From Candidatus Collierbacteria bacterium (lineage in GTDB: Bacteria > Patescibacteriota > Microgenomatia > UBA1400 > MFAQ01), in contig CAISER010000006.1 of NCBI GenBank assembly GCA_903884375.1, positions 1,080 to 65,079 of the forward strand: a DNA stretch of 64,000 bases, in the 5' to 3' direction. Within the stretch, counting starts at the first letter, position 1. Each line of letters starts with the position of its first letter. Positions 45,037-54,818 of this stretch are shown here, in pieces. A program made the position numbers and the translations under genes. The notes beneath the pieces were generated by a model. That model saw only the letters and a program-made list of their open reading frames with translations. It was not told where the DNA came from and did no database searches.

Positions 45037-45906
45037 TTAATAATTTACCGGGCCAAGAGGAATTTTGTTCTCCGGGTCATCAATAAATAACAATAGAACA
45101 AGACCTTTCCGGGGGCCTTTGTTTAAATCCAAGTATTGCATGGTTTCGGGAGAGCCACCAAATTGTTTACCTGTCCAGTCTGCCGGTCCGGCATCACCAA
45201 CGACACAGACAACTGCCTGACCATTGACCGGATTTATAACAAGCATTTTACGAAATTTGTACCAATCCCAAAGTTGACGATAATCTCTGTTCCAGTTTTC
45301 GAGATACAAAGTTTGAACTACACAATAATATTTTTCTTGAAGATAGATTTTTGTGGAAAAATTTTGCGAGTCTTTTGTAAAATAACCAAAAGCACCAAGT
45401 CCCGGTGCCATACCTGCCTCTTGAATCTCATCGTGTTCCGGTAGAGAGTCTCCCGGATAACGTTTGAGATGTTGCTCAAATCCAATATAACCAACGTGGT
45501 GATTAAGCGATTGACCTTCAAGGACGGCTTTAACCGGAATGTTGGTATTTTCGGAAATAAGGGATTCAATTTTAATGGCTTGATCTTCTGTAAGTTTGGC
45601 TGGTTGGTGTGGAATAATTTCTTGAAGATTTCCCAGAACTTTTTGTTTATTAGATAAAATCGATTTTATCGGTTCGGAAACTTCGGTAGGGATTGAGGCC
45701 ATTGGAGGCATAGGCATCGCCAATAGGCTACCGACAAGACCGGCACCAGCAAGAAGACGACTTGATTTTTGACGAAGTTCAAAAGCCAGTAAAGTCGTTT
45801 TGGTAAAAAATTTCTTTGCTGAAGGGTTTTTGAGTATCTTGTTCCTAAGTTTATTTGATCTCTTCTCAAGTTTGGCAATTGAATTTTGAAGATTGTTTTC
45901 GGGCAT
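45037..45906 (-). CDS. Hypothetical membrane-anchored protein with RlpA-like double-psi-beta-barrel C-terminus
   Basis: LVINPVNGQAVVCVVGDAGP resembles the RlpA/DPBB V.V.DRGP motif. Confidence 0.55.
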   Translation of the reverse strand: MPENNLQNSIAKLEKRSNKLRNKILKNPSAKKFFTKTTLLAFELRQKSSRLLAGAGLVGSLLAMPMPPMASIPTEVSEPIKSILSNKQKVLGNLQEIIPHQPAKLTEDQAIKIESLISENTNIPVKAVLEGQSLNHHVGYIGFEQHLKRYPGDSLPEHDEIQEAGMAPGLGAFGYFTKDSQNFSTKIYLQEKYYCVVQTLYLENWNRDYRQLWDWYKFRKMLVINPVNGQAVVCVVGDAGPADWTGKQFGGSPETMQYLDLNKGPRKGLVLLLFIDDPENKIPLGPVNY

Positions 45907-45909
45907 AAG

Positions 45910-47337
45910 TTATGAAAATATCGAGCTTAACCGTTTGAGAGTTTCTTCTTTTCCAAGAATGACGAAGCAATCAAAAAGGGGTGGGGTAACGGTACGACCG
46001 GAGATGGCAACTCGAAGGGACATAAAAGCTTCTCGTGGTGATAGCCCTGAATCTTTTTGAGCGGTAGCAAATTCTTCATGAAGATTGCACGATGAAAATT
46101 CCTTGGTGTTTTCCAACAAATTAATTGCTTTTTGAAACCACTTATTTGTTTCTTCTTCCGAGCGAGATGATTGTTCAAGAACTAATTTTTTGTCAACAAT
46201 AGGAGTGGAAAAAAAATATTCTGCTCCAGGAACAAAATCTTTTAGAGTAAATAATCTTTCTTTGGCGATATCTATAATACTGATCGTTTTGGCTTTATCT
46301 TTTTGCCAATCTTCGGGAATAAAAGTCTTTAATCTATTAAAGAGATCTTCCGAACTTAGTTTTTTTATCCACTGACTATTAAGATAATTTAATTTTTGAA
46401 TATCAAAAATGGCGTTTTGTCTTTGAATTTTATTTTCGTCAAAAACCTTAACCATTTCTTCCAACGTGAGTAATTCGGAGTTGTCTTTGTAAGAGAACCC
46501 TAAGTAAAAAAGAAAGTTGTTGATGGCTTCAGGTAAGTATCCGTCGGCGGCGTATTCAAGTACTGATTTGGCACCATGACGTTTGGATAGTTTACTTTTA
46601 TCCGGACCAAGAAGAAGCGGAACATGGGCAAGAATGGGTGGCTTGTAACCTAAAGCTTCATAAAGAAAAAGATGAACCGGAGTAGACATCATCCACTCAA
46701 CCCCGCGGATTACGTGGCTGATCTTCATCAAATAATCATCAACAACAACAGCTAGGTGGTAGGTAGGAATACTATTAGTTTTCATCAAAACTTTGTCATC
46801 ACATTCATTGTTTGGAAGACTTAATTTTCCTTGAACTAAATCATGCCAAGTAGAAAAACCAGTTTCAGGGAGCTTGACTCTAATGACAAAGGGAGCACCG
46901 GAGTCTAATTGTGTTTTTACTTCTTCTGGAGTTAAGTGACGACAATGACGATCATATTTAGCAAAAGGATTATTCTTGTGAAGCTCTTCAAGACGTTCTT
47001 CCGAACAAAAACAATAATAAGCAGCTCCAATATTAACTAGTTCTTGTGCATATTTTTGATAAATGGCAAGTCTTTGAGTTTGGATATAAGGACCATAAGA
47101 ACCACCAACAACAGGATCTTCGTCGGGAATCAACCCTAAAAACTGATGAATTTGATATATCTTATCAACGGCACCAGGAACTAAACGTTTTTGGTCGGTG
47201 TCTTCGATACGCAGAATGAACTCTCCACTATATTTTTTGGCGAGTAAATAATCAAAAAGAGCAGTTCTCGTGTTGCCAATATGAGGAATACCTGTTGGTG
47301 AAGGAGCTATTCTGGTTCTTACGTGCGTATCAGACAT
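45910..47337 (-). CDS. gltX: Glutamate--tRNA ligase
   Basis: RIAPSPTG.PHIG, LRIEDTD, CFC...C Zn site, SHVIRG.EW, KLSKR. Confidence 0.97.
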   Translation of the reverse strand: MSDTHVRTRIAPSPTGIPHIGNTRTALFDYLLAKKYSGEFILRIEDTDQKRLVPGAVDKIYQIHQFLGLIPDEDPVVGGSYGPYIQTQRLAIYQKYAQELVNIGAAYYCFCSEERLEELHKNNPFAKYDRHCRHLTPEEVKTQLDSGAPFVIRVKLPETGFSTWHDLVQGKLSLPNNECDDKVLMKTNSIPTYHLAVVVDDYLMKISHVIRGVEWMMSTPVHLFLYEALGYKPPILAHVPLLLGPDKSKLSKRHGAKSVLEYAADGYLPEAINNFLFYLGFSYKDNSELLTLEEMVKVFDENKIQRQNAIFDIQKLNYLNSQWIKKLSSEDLFNRLKTFIPEDWQKDKAKTISIIDIAKERLFTLKDFVPGAEYFFSTPIVDKKLVLEQSSRSEEETNKWFQKAINLLENTKEFSSCNLHEEFATAQKDSGLSPREAFMSLRVAISGRTVTPPLFDCFVILGKEETLKRLSSIFS

Positions 47338-47362
47338 AGAGATAGTATACTTTATTTAGTAT

Positions 47363-48445
47363 ATGGCGACACTAACAGAGGCATCAATAACAGCAAGAAA
47401 GGTGATTAAATTTGGAGCAATTGGGTTTGTAGGAATTACCATACTTTGGTACTTGGGAGTAGCTGCAGTTAAATATTATCAATTGATGAATCCCCCTGCT
47501 CTACCCGACCCAACTGTTGACTTTGGAAAGTTACCAAAAATAAATTTTCCGGCGAGTGATAATAGGCCAAAGTTGATCCTGGAATTACCGACAGGAGGAA
47601 TTCCCGTGTTTGTCGATAGAATGAGAGTTTATTCCCAACCAATTAACAAAAGTAGTTTCACCGACACCGAAAAAGCTGTTGAAATGGCAGCAGCACTTGG
47701 GTTTTTGTTTAAACCTGATCAAAAGACTGAATCAAACTACGTATGGACAAACCAAGACCAATTGAATTCTAAATTGGATATGAATATTATTAGTGGTCAT
47801 TTTACTCTTTCTAGACAATGGCAAAATAACCCTGCCTTGGCATCAATGGCGAGTTTTAGTTCTGACAAAGCAGTAATCATGGACACCGAAAATTATTTAA
47901 GTAGAGTTGGTTTGTTGAGCTCAGATATTGTTGGTGTTGAAAAATTAACTTATTACAAGGACGATGGTGGAAAATTGGGCAATGCTTTGTCTTTATCTGA
48001 TGCAGATTTTGTCCAAATAGATCTTTTTAGAAAAAATATGGATGAAATTGACCCTGAAAGTAAAACAAAGGAAGTAAAAGCTAGTTATCCTTTTTATAGA
48101 AGCGACCCCAACTTGGGTTTGTTGAGAGTTGTTGTGTCCGGGTCAAAAAATTTAAGTGAAAAGATTATTAATATGCAATATGGATATAACAAGATTGTTT
48201 ATAGCGAAAACGGAACATACCCAATTAAGACCGGGGAGGAGGCTTGGAGGGAACTAGAAGGAGGTAGTGGTTTTGTGTTTTTGGGTGAAGCAATATCTCC
48301 AGAAGTTAAAATTAGAAGAATTTTCTTAGGCTATTTTGATGCCGATTCCAGTACCGGATATGCCATGCCAATTTATATTTTCCTTGGCGACCAAGGGTTC
48401 ACTGCATATGTATCCGCCGTGCAAAATGCATGGATAAAAAACTGA
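47363..48445 (+). CDS. Hypothetical membrane-anchored protein
   Basis: 360-aa ORF with one N-terminal TM and PIYIF.G C-terminus. Confidence 0.75.
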   Translation: MATLTEASITARKVIKFGAIGFVGITILWYLGVAAVKYYQLMNPPALPDPTVDFGKLPKINFPASDNRPKLILELPTGGIPVFVDRMRVYSQPINKSSFTDTEKAVEMAAALGFLFKPDQKTESNYVWTNQDQLNSKLDMNIISGHFTLSRQWQNNPALASMASFSSDKAVIMDTENYLSRVGLLSSDIVGVEKLTYYKDDGGKLGNALSLSDADFVQIDLFRKNMDEIDPESKTKEVKASYPFYRSDPNLGLLRVVVSGSKNLSEKIINMQYGYNKIVYSENGTYPIKTGEEAWRELEGGSGFVFLGEAISPEVKIRRIFLGYFDADSSTGYAMPIYIFLGDQGFTAYVSAVQNAWIKN

Positions 48446-48447
48446 GG

Positions 48448-49362
48448 TTATTCCCAAGAATAATTGGTATATATCCAATCGAAAATTAATTCTGCTTCTT
48501 TAAAACGATCTTTACTATTTAGGAGAGAAATAATGATTGGATGATTGTCTTTTTCGGCGAGGACAATTAAACACTCTCCCGCTTCCGGAGTCCACCCGGT
48601 TTTCACTCCATAAATTCCTGGTTTACCGAGAAGCAGATTGGTGGTTTCCAATGGGTAGATATTTCCCTTTAAACTTTTGACTGTAATTTTTTGAGTGGAA
48701 ACAATGGAGGAAAATTGAGGTCTTGATAGAGCAGCTTTTGCTAACATGGTGATGTCATAGGGTGTAGTGTAATGATTGGGACTTTCTACCCCTGAAACAT
48801 TAGCGAAATGTGTGTTTTGAAGCCCCATTTCGATACTTTTGGAATTCATTCTGGCAATAAAAGATTGGTAACCTCCCGGGTAATTTTCCGCAAAAGTAAC
48901 TGCGGCATCGTTTCCTGATGGAACAAGTAATCCATAAAGCAAATCCTGTGCATTGAGTTTGTCACCTTTTATTAAATTAATAGTATTACCGTTGGAGTTT
49001 TGACCATTTTTTACTAAGAGAATTGAGTCTTCATCAAAATAATCCATGGCTACTAAGGCAGTCATAATTTTTGTGAGCGATGCGGGTTTCAAACGAGTTT
49101 GTGAATTTTTTTCATAAAGAACAACACCTGTATCAAGATCGATAACAAAAACACCAGTCGCCGAAAGAGTTGGTGAAGAAATATTTTTGGAAACCGGCAT
49201 AGTTGGTTCGCTAACAAAAGCGGCTTTTACAATTGGTTTTTTTGTTGTGGAGGGAGATTTGAAAACTGGGAAAAACATCATGAATAACGAAAGACATGAT
49301 AGCGCAACAATGTTTAAAACAAAGCGGAAACTGATAATATTTAATTCTTTTATTTTTTTCAT
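48448..49362 (-). CDS. D-alanyl-D-alanine carboxypeptidase (peptidase S11)
   Basis: PASLTKIM, SGNDAA, KTGWT..AG.C. Confidence 0.92.
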   Translation of the reverse strand: MKKIKELNIISFRFVLNIVALSCLSLFMMFFPVFKSPSTTKKPIVKAAFVSEPTMPVSKNISSPTLSATGVFVIDLDTGVVLYEKNSQTRLKPASLTKIMTALVAMDYFDEDSILLVKNGQNSNGNTINLIKGDKLNAQDLLYGLLVPSGNDAAVTFAENYPGGYQSFIARMNSKSIEMGLQNTHFANVSGVESPNHYTTPYDITMLAKAALSRPQFSSIVSTQKITVKSLKGNIYPLETTNLLLGKPGIYGVKTGWTPEAGECLIVLAEKDNHPIIISLLNSKDRFKEAELIFDWIYTNYSWE

Positions 49363-49382
49363 TCCAACTCCTTCATTTTATA

Positions 49383-50873
49383 CTAGGAGTCTTGTTCGTG
49401 AACAACTTTTCTGATTTCAATTTTAGCTTTATGCGTTTTAACAAATCTGAGCCAATTTTTATTTGGTTTTTTTATCGTCTTAGATTTTTGGATTTCAATA
49501 ATATCACCACTTTTTAAGTGATAATCAAGAGTAACAATTCGCCCATTGACCTTTGCTGTTTGAATGTAGTGTCCGAGATCTGAATGAACACTAAAAGCAA
49601 AATCTATCGGAGTTGAGTTTTCCGGAAGATCATACACATCTCCATTCGGAGAAAATACGTAAATATGCGACGATAAAGCATCTAATTTATAGTCTTCTAA
49701 ACTGTCTTTCTCATTTCCACTAATTTGATTTTGCCACCCAGCTAGTTGTTTGACCCAAGACATTTTGTCGGTAATTTTGAAGGCTGTGCCTTCCTGTAAT
49801 TTTGTCCCTGAAGCTCCGTGACTTTTAGCGTCTGAATAGGCGAAGTGAGCAGCAGCACCAAACTCCGCGTTTAGATGCATTTCTTCTGAGCGAATTTGAA
49901 TCTCAACAATATTGCCCATATTGTCAAAAATTTTGGTATGAATAGATTGATAGCCGTTTGGTTTTGGTTGGGCAATAAAATCGGAAATTCCAATATTAGG
50001 AACCGGTTTCCAATATTGATGAATAACTCCAAGGGCTGAGTAACAATCGGAGGTGTTCCGGGTAATAACCCTTACCGCCATTAAATCATAAATTTTGGTA
50101 ATATCGCGATTAATCTCAGGCCGTAATAATTTTTTGTATAAACTAAATTTTCTCTTGGGGCGACCTTCTACTTTAGCGTTTAGGTTATGTTTTACCAATT
50201 GTTGACGAAGCTTGTTCATTATTCCTGAAACATTTTTCTCCGAGTACTTAAAGTGAGGTCTGGCAATATTTTGAAGCCAAGTGAATTCATCAGGCAGAAT
50301 ATATGGGAAAGCTAAATCTTCGAGATCTCCTTTTAGTTTACCCATACCAAGTCTTTCAGCCAAAGGTGCATAAACCTCTAAAGTTTCAATGGCGATACGT
50401 TTTTGTTTTGATAGCGGAACCCCTTCAAGTGTTGAGATATTGTGAAGTCTATCGGCTAAACGAATAAGAACAACTCTAATATCTTGAGCCATAGCTACAA
50501 ACATCTTCCGAAGGTTTTCCAAAAATTCATTTTTCTGACTACCTCGTAATTTGACCTTACCAACCCGATTTACCCCTTCAACAAGTTTGCCGACTTCCTT
50601 GCCAAAACGAGCACTTATTTCGTTAATACCGATGTTGGACATGTCCGGCAAATCATGAAGTAAGGCGGATTCTAAACTGGCTTGATCCAATCCCCAACCG
50701 GCAAGAATAGATGCCGTGGCTATTGGATGATTGATATAAGCTTCTCCGGTTTGACGAATTTGACCTTGGTGTTTTTCCTCCGCAAATAGAAAGACTTTTT
50801 TAAGTCTGTTTTCATCAATATCTAATTGACTGTTTTTGGCTTGGATGAGTAAATCTTCAAAGCTTTTCTCCAT
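49383..50873 (-). CDS. rel: RelA/SpoT (p)ppGpp synthetase/hydrolase ending after the TGS domain
   Basis: HQGQ.R..GE.YI.HP, ADRLHN, YAPLA.RLG, NGYQSIHT, EIQIR, TPIDFAF.VH. Confidence 0.92.
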   Translation of the reverse strand: MEKSFEDLLIQAKNSQLDIDENRLKKVFLFAEEKHQGQIRQTGEAYINHPIATASILAGWGLDQASLESALLHDLPDMSNIGINEISARFGKEVGKLVEGVNRVGKVKLRGSQKNEFLENLRKMFVAMAQDIRVVLIRLADRLHNISTLEGVPLSKQKRIAIETLEVYAPLAERLGMGKLKGDLEDLAFPYILPDEFTWLQNIARPHFKYSEKNVSGIMNKLRQQLVKHNLNAKVEGRPKRKFSLYKKLLRPEINRDITKIYDLMAVRVITRNTSDCYSALGVIHQYWKPVPNIGISDFIAQPKPNGYQSIHTKIFDNMGNIVEIQIRSEEMHLNAEFGAAAHFAYSDAKSHGASGTKLQEGTAFKITDKMSWVKQLAGWQNQISGNEKDSLEDYKLDALSSHIYVFSPNGDVYDLPENSTPIDFAFSVHSDLGHYIQTAKVNGRIVTLDYHLKSGDIIEIQKSKTIKKPNKNWLRFVKTHKAKIEIRKVVHEQDS

Positions 50874-50911
50874 AGCGTATTTTACCTTGTTTGCCGTGAT
50901 AAGATTGGTGC

Positions 50912-52372
50912 GTGTATAGGCGATTTTTATTACCAGATGAGGTGATTTTAATTCCTGATGAATTAAAACAAGTAATTAACGATTATATTTCTAGTGGTTT
51001 TGAGATTTATTTGGTTGGAGGTGGAGTAAGAAATATTTTGATGGGAAAAGTACCGGAAAATTGTGATTTGACGACAAATGCAACACCAGAACAAAGCCTT
51101 GAGGTTTTGGAAAAGCATCAACCCTTTTACAATAATGATTTTGGGACTGTGTCGTACGAGGTGGGAATTGAAGGACACAAAGAACTATATGAAATAACTA
51201 CTTACAGATCAGAAAAAGAATATTCTGATTTTAGAAGACCAGATAATGTAAGCTGGGGAAAAACCTTGGAGGATGATGTGACTCGTAGAGATTTTACGGT
51301 GAATGCTATGGTGATCGGGAAAAAAGAAAATAAATATGAGTTAGTTGATTTGGTCGGCGGTTTGGAGGACTTTGAGAAAGGTATCGTAAAAGCTGTAGGA
51401 GAGCCCGAAAAACGATTTGGGGAAGATGCTTTGCGTATGATGAGGGCGATCCGTTTTGCGGCGCGTTTGGGTTTTTCGATTGAAAAAGAAACTTTAAAAG
51501 CGATCACCATAAAAGCTTCTTTGCTCGACAATATCAGTAGAGAAAGAGTGCGAGACGAACTATTAAAAATTATTAGCTCTAATTATCCGGCTGATGGTAC
51601 CATACTTCTCATTACTACCGGATTAATGGAGCATATTATGCCGGAAATTCTGGAGGCAAGAGGGGTGATGCAGGGCGGACACCACACATTAACAGTGCTT
51701 GATCATATGATTGAATGTCTAAGAAATAGTTCTTCACCCGATCCTTTTGTTCGCTTTGCAACATTAATACACGATATTGGGAAACCAAGAAGCCAAAGAT
51801 TTAAATGTCGAAAATGCGGAAAGATGTTTAGAGATTTGGCTGAAGAAATGACAGCCTGTGCTAACTGCGGTTTTAATCAGCTAACCAGAGGAATGATTAC
51901 CTTTTATGGTCATGAAGTGATCGGGGCAAAAATGGCTAAAGAGATTTGTGAAAGACTGAGATTTACCAACAAACAAACAGAAAAAATCGTTACTCTAGTA
52001 CGAATGCACATGTTTGCTTACCAACCGGAAATGACAGATGCGGCGATACGAAGAATCATAAGAAAAGTAGGCAAAGAAAATATTGCTGACATGATTCTTC
52101 TGAGAATTGCCGATCGAAAAGGAAGTGGTTCAAAAACGACCAGTTGGAGATTCATGGAGCTACAAAAACGAATTGGAGAGCAACTTTTTGAGCCGATGGA
52201 AATAAAGGATATGGTTATTGATGGACGAGATGTTATGGAGGCTCTTAAGGTTAGTCCGGGGCCAATTATAGGAAAAGTGTTGAAGAAATTATTTGATGAG
52301 GTTTTGGAAGATACCAATAAAAATAACAAAGAGTATTTACTTTCGCGGATTAAAGAAATCGGAAACTGCTAA
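50912..52372 (+). CDS. cca: CCA tRNA nucleotidyltransferase with HD domain
   Basis: LVGG.VR, EITTYR, RRDFTVNAM, EDALRMMRAIRF, SRERVRDE, HDIGKP, FYGHE. Confidence 0.9.
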   Translation: MYRRFLLPDEVILIPDELKQVINDYISSGFEIYLVGGGVRNILMGKVPENCDLTTNATPEQSLEVLEKHQPFYNNDFGTVSYEVGIEGHKELYEITTYRSEKEYSDFRRPDNVSWGKTLEDDVTRRDFTVNAMVIGKKENKYELVDLVGGLEDFEKGIVKAVGEPEKRFGEDALRMMRAIRFAARLGFSIEKETLKAITIKASLLDNISRERVRDELLKIISSNYPADGTILLITTGLMEHIMPEILEARGVMQGGHHTLTVLDHMIECLRNSSSPDPFVRFATLIHDIGKPRSQRFKCRKCGKMFRDLAEEMTACANCGFNQLTRGMITFYGHEVIGAKMAKEICERLRFTNKQTEKIVTLVRMHMFAYQPEMTDAAIRRIIRKVGKENIADMILLRIADRKGSGSKTTSWRFMELQKRIGEQLFEPMEIKDMVIDGRDVMEALKVSPGPIIGKVLKKLFDEVLEDTNKNNKEYLLSRIKEIGNC

Positions 52373-52404
52373 TAGATTCCAGAATATTCAGTAAATTTAT
52401 ATCG

Positions 52405-53259
52405 TTATTTCTTATTGAAAATTTTTTCCCAAACAATCAGAAGAGGAGCGGCAGTAAAGGTGGAAGAATAAGTGCCGGTAATAGTACCAATCAAGAGAGC
52501 CAAGGAAAAGTATTTTGTGGTTTCACCTCCAATAAGGAATAGAGCAATTAACATAAAAATAATAGTTAGAGAGTTATTTAGAGAACGAACCATCGTTTCG
52601 GTTACGGCTTGGTTGACTAAAGTAGTAAAATCAACGTTTTTGTTTTTGTGGGAAAGTTCACGAATACGATCATAAACAACAATAGTGTCATGGGTAGAGA
52701 AAGAAAGGATGGTTAGAACGGCGGTAACAAAAAGTAAATCAATTTCGATACTGTAGAAATGCCCTAGGAGACTAAAACTACCTAGAAGAATTAATGAGTC
52801 GTGTAGCATGGCAATTACTGCACAAACTCCGTATTTGACTTTTTTAAAGGCAGAACTTATATAAAGAAGGAGGACAATGCTGGAGATAGCAAGAGCCCAA
52901 AGAGTTTTATTGATGGTTTCTTTTCCGAGAGCTGCGCCAATAGTTTCGAAACCACCAATTTTGATTTCAGGGTTATCCTTTTTTAGAGTATCAATAGCTT
53001 TTTGGGCAGATTCTTGAGAAATGTTCTTAGTTTTTAAAGTTACTGTTGAAAGTGTTTTGTCTTCAAGAGAAGGAGTGTATTCTTTAAATGATTGAAGAAC
53101 GGAATCTGATGTTGTTTTTATATTCTCTACTGTCAGACGAGTTCCTCCGGTAAATTCGATGGATGGTTTAAATCCAAATTTTATTAAAGAGTAAACTCCC
53201 GGAACAATAAAAATTGCTGAGATCAAAAAGTAGATTACGAGATGTTTCATCCAATTCAT
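52405..53259 (-). CDS. secF: Protein translocase subunit SecF
   Basis: IEFTGG, HD, HDTIVVYDRIRE, RSLNNS, GTYSS. Confidence 0.95.
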   Translation of the reverse strand: MNWMKHLVIYFLISAIFIVPGVYSLIKFGFKPSIEFTGGTRLTVENIKTTSDSVLQSFKEYTPSLEDKTLSTVTLKTKNISQESAQKAIDTLKKDNPEIKIGGFETIGAALGKETINKTLWALAISSIVLLLYISSAFKKVKYGVCAVIAMLHDSLILLGSFSLLGHFYSIEIDLLFVTAVLTILSFSTHDTIVVYDRIRELSHKNKNVDFTTLVNQAVTETMVRSLNNSLTIIFMLIALFLIGGETTKYFSLALLIGTITGTYSSTFTAAPLLIVWEKIFNKK

Positions 53260-53260
53260 A

Positions 53261-54607
53261 TTATTTCAATTTATTTATTTCTAAAGTTTTACCTTTGTAA
53301 AAAAGGCGGAGCAGATTACGAGTGACGACAATGCCAGTAAAGAGCGAGATCAATATTCCAAGAATGAGAGTAAGGGCAAACCCCCTAACAGCACCCGAAG
53401 TGTTTAAAAAACTCCAATCCAAAGGATTAAAAAGAATAAAGCCAGTGATAATGGTAGCCGTATTAGCATCTTTAATACTGTCCCAGGCGCGACCAAAGGC
53501 AAGTTCAAGCGCGACCTGCCATGTACGTCCCGCTCTGATTTCTTCTTTGTAACGCTCAAAAATAAGAATATTGGAATCGACAGCCATACCAACAGAGAGT
53601 AAAAAACCAGCAATCCCCGGCAAACTAAGAACGACTGAAATCATTTTGTAAATCGCGAGAGTATAGAGACCATACAAGATCAAACCAATTGAAGCAATAA
53701 TACCCATCCGGCCATAGTTACCAATCATAAATAAAACAACCATAAAGAGACCAATTGCTCCAGCAATAATACTTTTTTGAATTGAGTCTGCTCCTAAAGT
53801 AGCAGGAATATTTTTCTGACTTAGAATAGAAACCGGAACCGGAAGAGCTCCGGCGTTTAGCTGCACAGCAAGAGCCTTAGCTTCGTCTGTAGTAAAATTC
53901 CCAGTAATTTGAGCATTACCATCAATAATTTCAACCTGAACAGTGGGCATTGTTATTGGGTAACCGTCGAGTAAAATAGCAATTGGTTTGCCAATGTTTT
54001 CCTTGGTGAGTTTGGCAAATTTTGTTTTTCCTGAATCTTTAAAGGTAATGGCAACCGCAGGGCTTCGGTCTTGTGTTTCAAAGGTTACAGAAGCTCTTGA
54101 AAGATCTGCTCCTGACAAATCCGTTGGGGAAAAACCTGAAAGGGTAGCTGAGTCCGTGGCAGTTTTCCCTTGAGAATAAAGAGGAAGGGCAAATTCCATT
54201 TTTGCTGTTTGACCAATAAGATCAAGTGCCTGTTGGGGGTCGGAAACGCCAGGAAGTTCCAGAATAAGTCGATATTCATTGCCGGAAACCGCAGTCTTGA
54301 TACCTGATTCGGAAACTCCAAAAAGGTCGACTCGACGACTAATGACTGTTTTGACTGATTCTAAGGCAGTGGAACGGTCATCTGGTTTTATTTCTTTCAT
54401 ATCGGCCGTGAGAATAACCTGAAGACCTCCTTTGATATCAAGACCTTGTTTTAATTCAATTTCTTTAGCTAAATCTAGATTTCCAATTTTGTATTTAAGA
54501 CGAGGAATTTGAATATTAAATATTTTTGCCGGGAAAACAAGATATAGCGAGATTAGGGTAATTACGCAGATAAAGATAAAAACCTTTTGTGGTTTTGAAA
54601 GAGTCAT
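53261..54607 (-). CDS. secD: Protein translocase subunit SecD
   Basis: GLDIKGG, RRVDLFGVSE, ELPG, LNAGALP, GMAVDSNILIFER, RGFA. Confidence 0.96.
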   Translation of the reverse strand: MTLSKPQKVFIFICVITLISLYLVFPAKIFNIQIPRLKYKIGNLDLAKEIELKQGLDIKGGLQVILTADMKEIKPDDRSTALESVKTVISRRVDLFGVSESGIKTAVSGNEYRLILELPGVSDPQQALDLIGQTAKMEFALPLYSQGKTATDSATLSGFSPTDLSGADLSRASVTFETQDRSPAVAITFKDSGKTKFAKLTKENIGKPIAILLDGYPITMPTVQVEIIDGNAQITGNFTTDEAKALAVQLNAGALPVPVSILSQKNIPATLGADSIQKSIIAGAIGLFMVVLFMIGNYGRMGIIASIGLILYGLYTLAIYKMISVVLSLPGIAGFLLSVGMAVDSNILIFERYKEEIRAGRTWQVALELAFGRAWDSIKDANTATIITGFILFNPLDWSFLNTSGAVRGFALTLILGILISLFTGIVVTRNLLRLFYKGKTLEINKLK

Positions 54608-54614
54608 TTAAAAA

Positions 54615-54818
54615 TTATATATGTTTTTGATGCCTATTTTTGGGAGAAAGACCAAGACTTAGTTGATGACTATCGATAAAATTTACAGTAAGAGAATTAT
54701 TTAATTCCCTTATTACATCAACCTGATCACCTGGTTTGAGTGAAAGGTCTTTAACAAGATTGGAAGGAAGAGTAATTCCAAGTGAGTTACCGACTTTTAG
54801 AATTTTTTGTGTGGCCAT
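54615..54818 (-). CDS. AbrB/MazE/SpoVT-family DNA-binding protein
   Basis: KILKVGNSLGITLP...L.LKPGDQV. Confidence 0.85.
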   Translation of the reverse strand: MATQKILKVGNSLGITLPSNLVKDLSLKPGDQVDVIRELNNSLTVNFIDSHQLSLGLSPKNRHQKHI

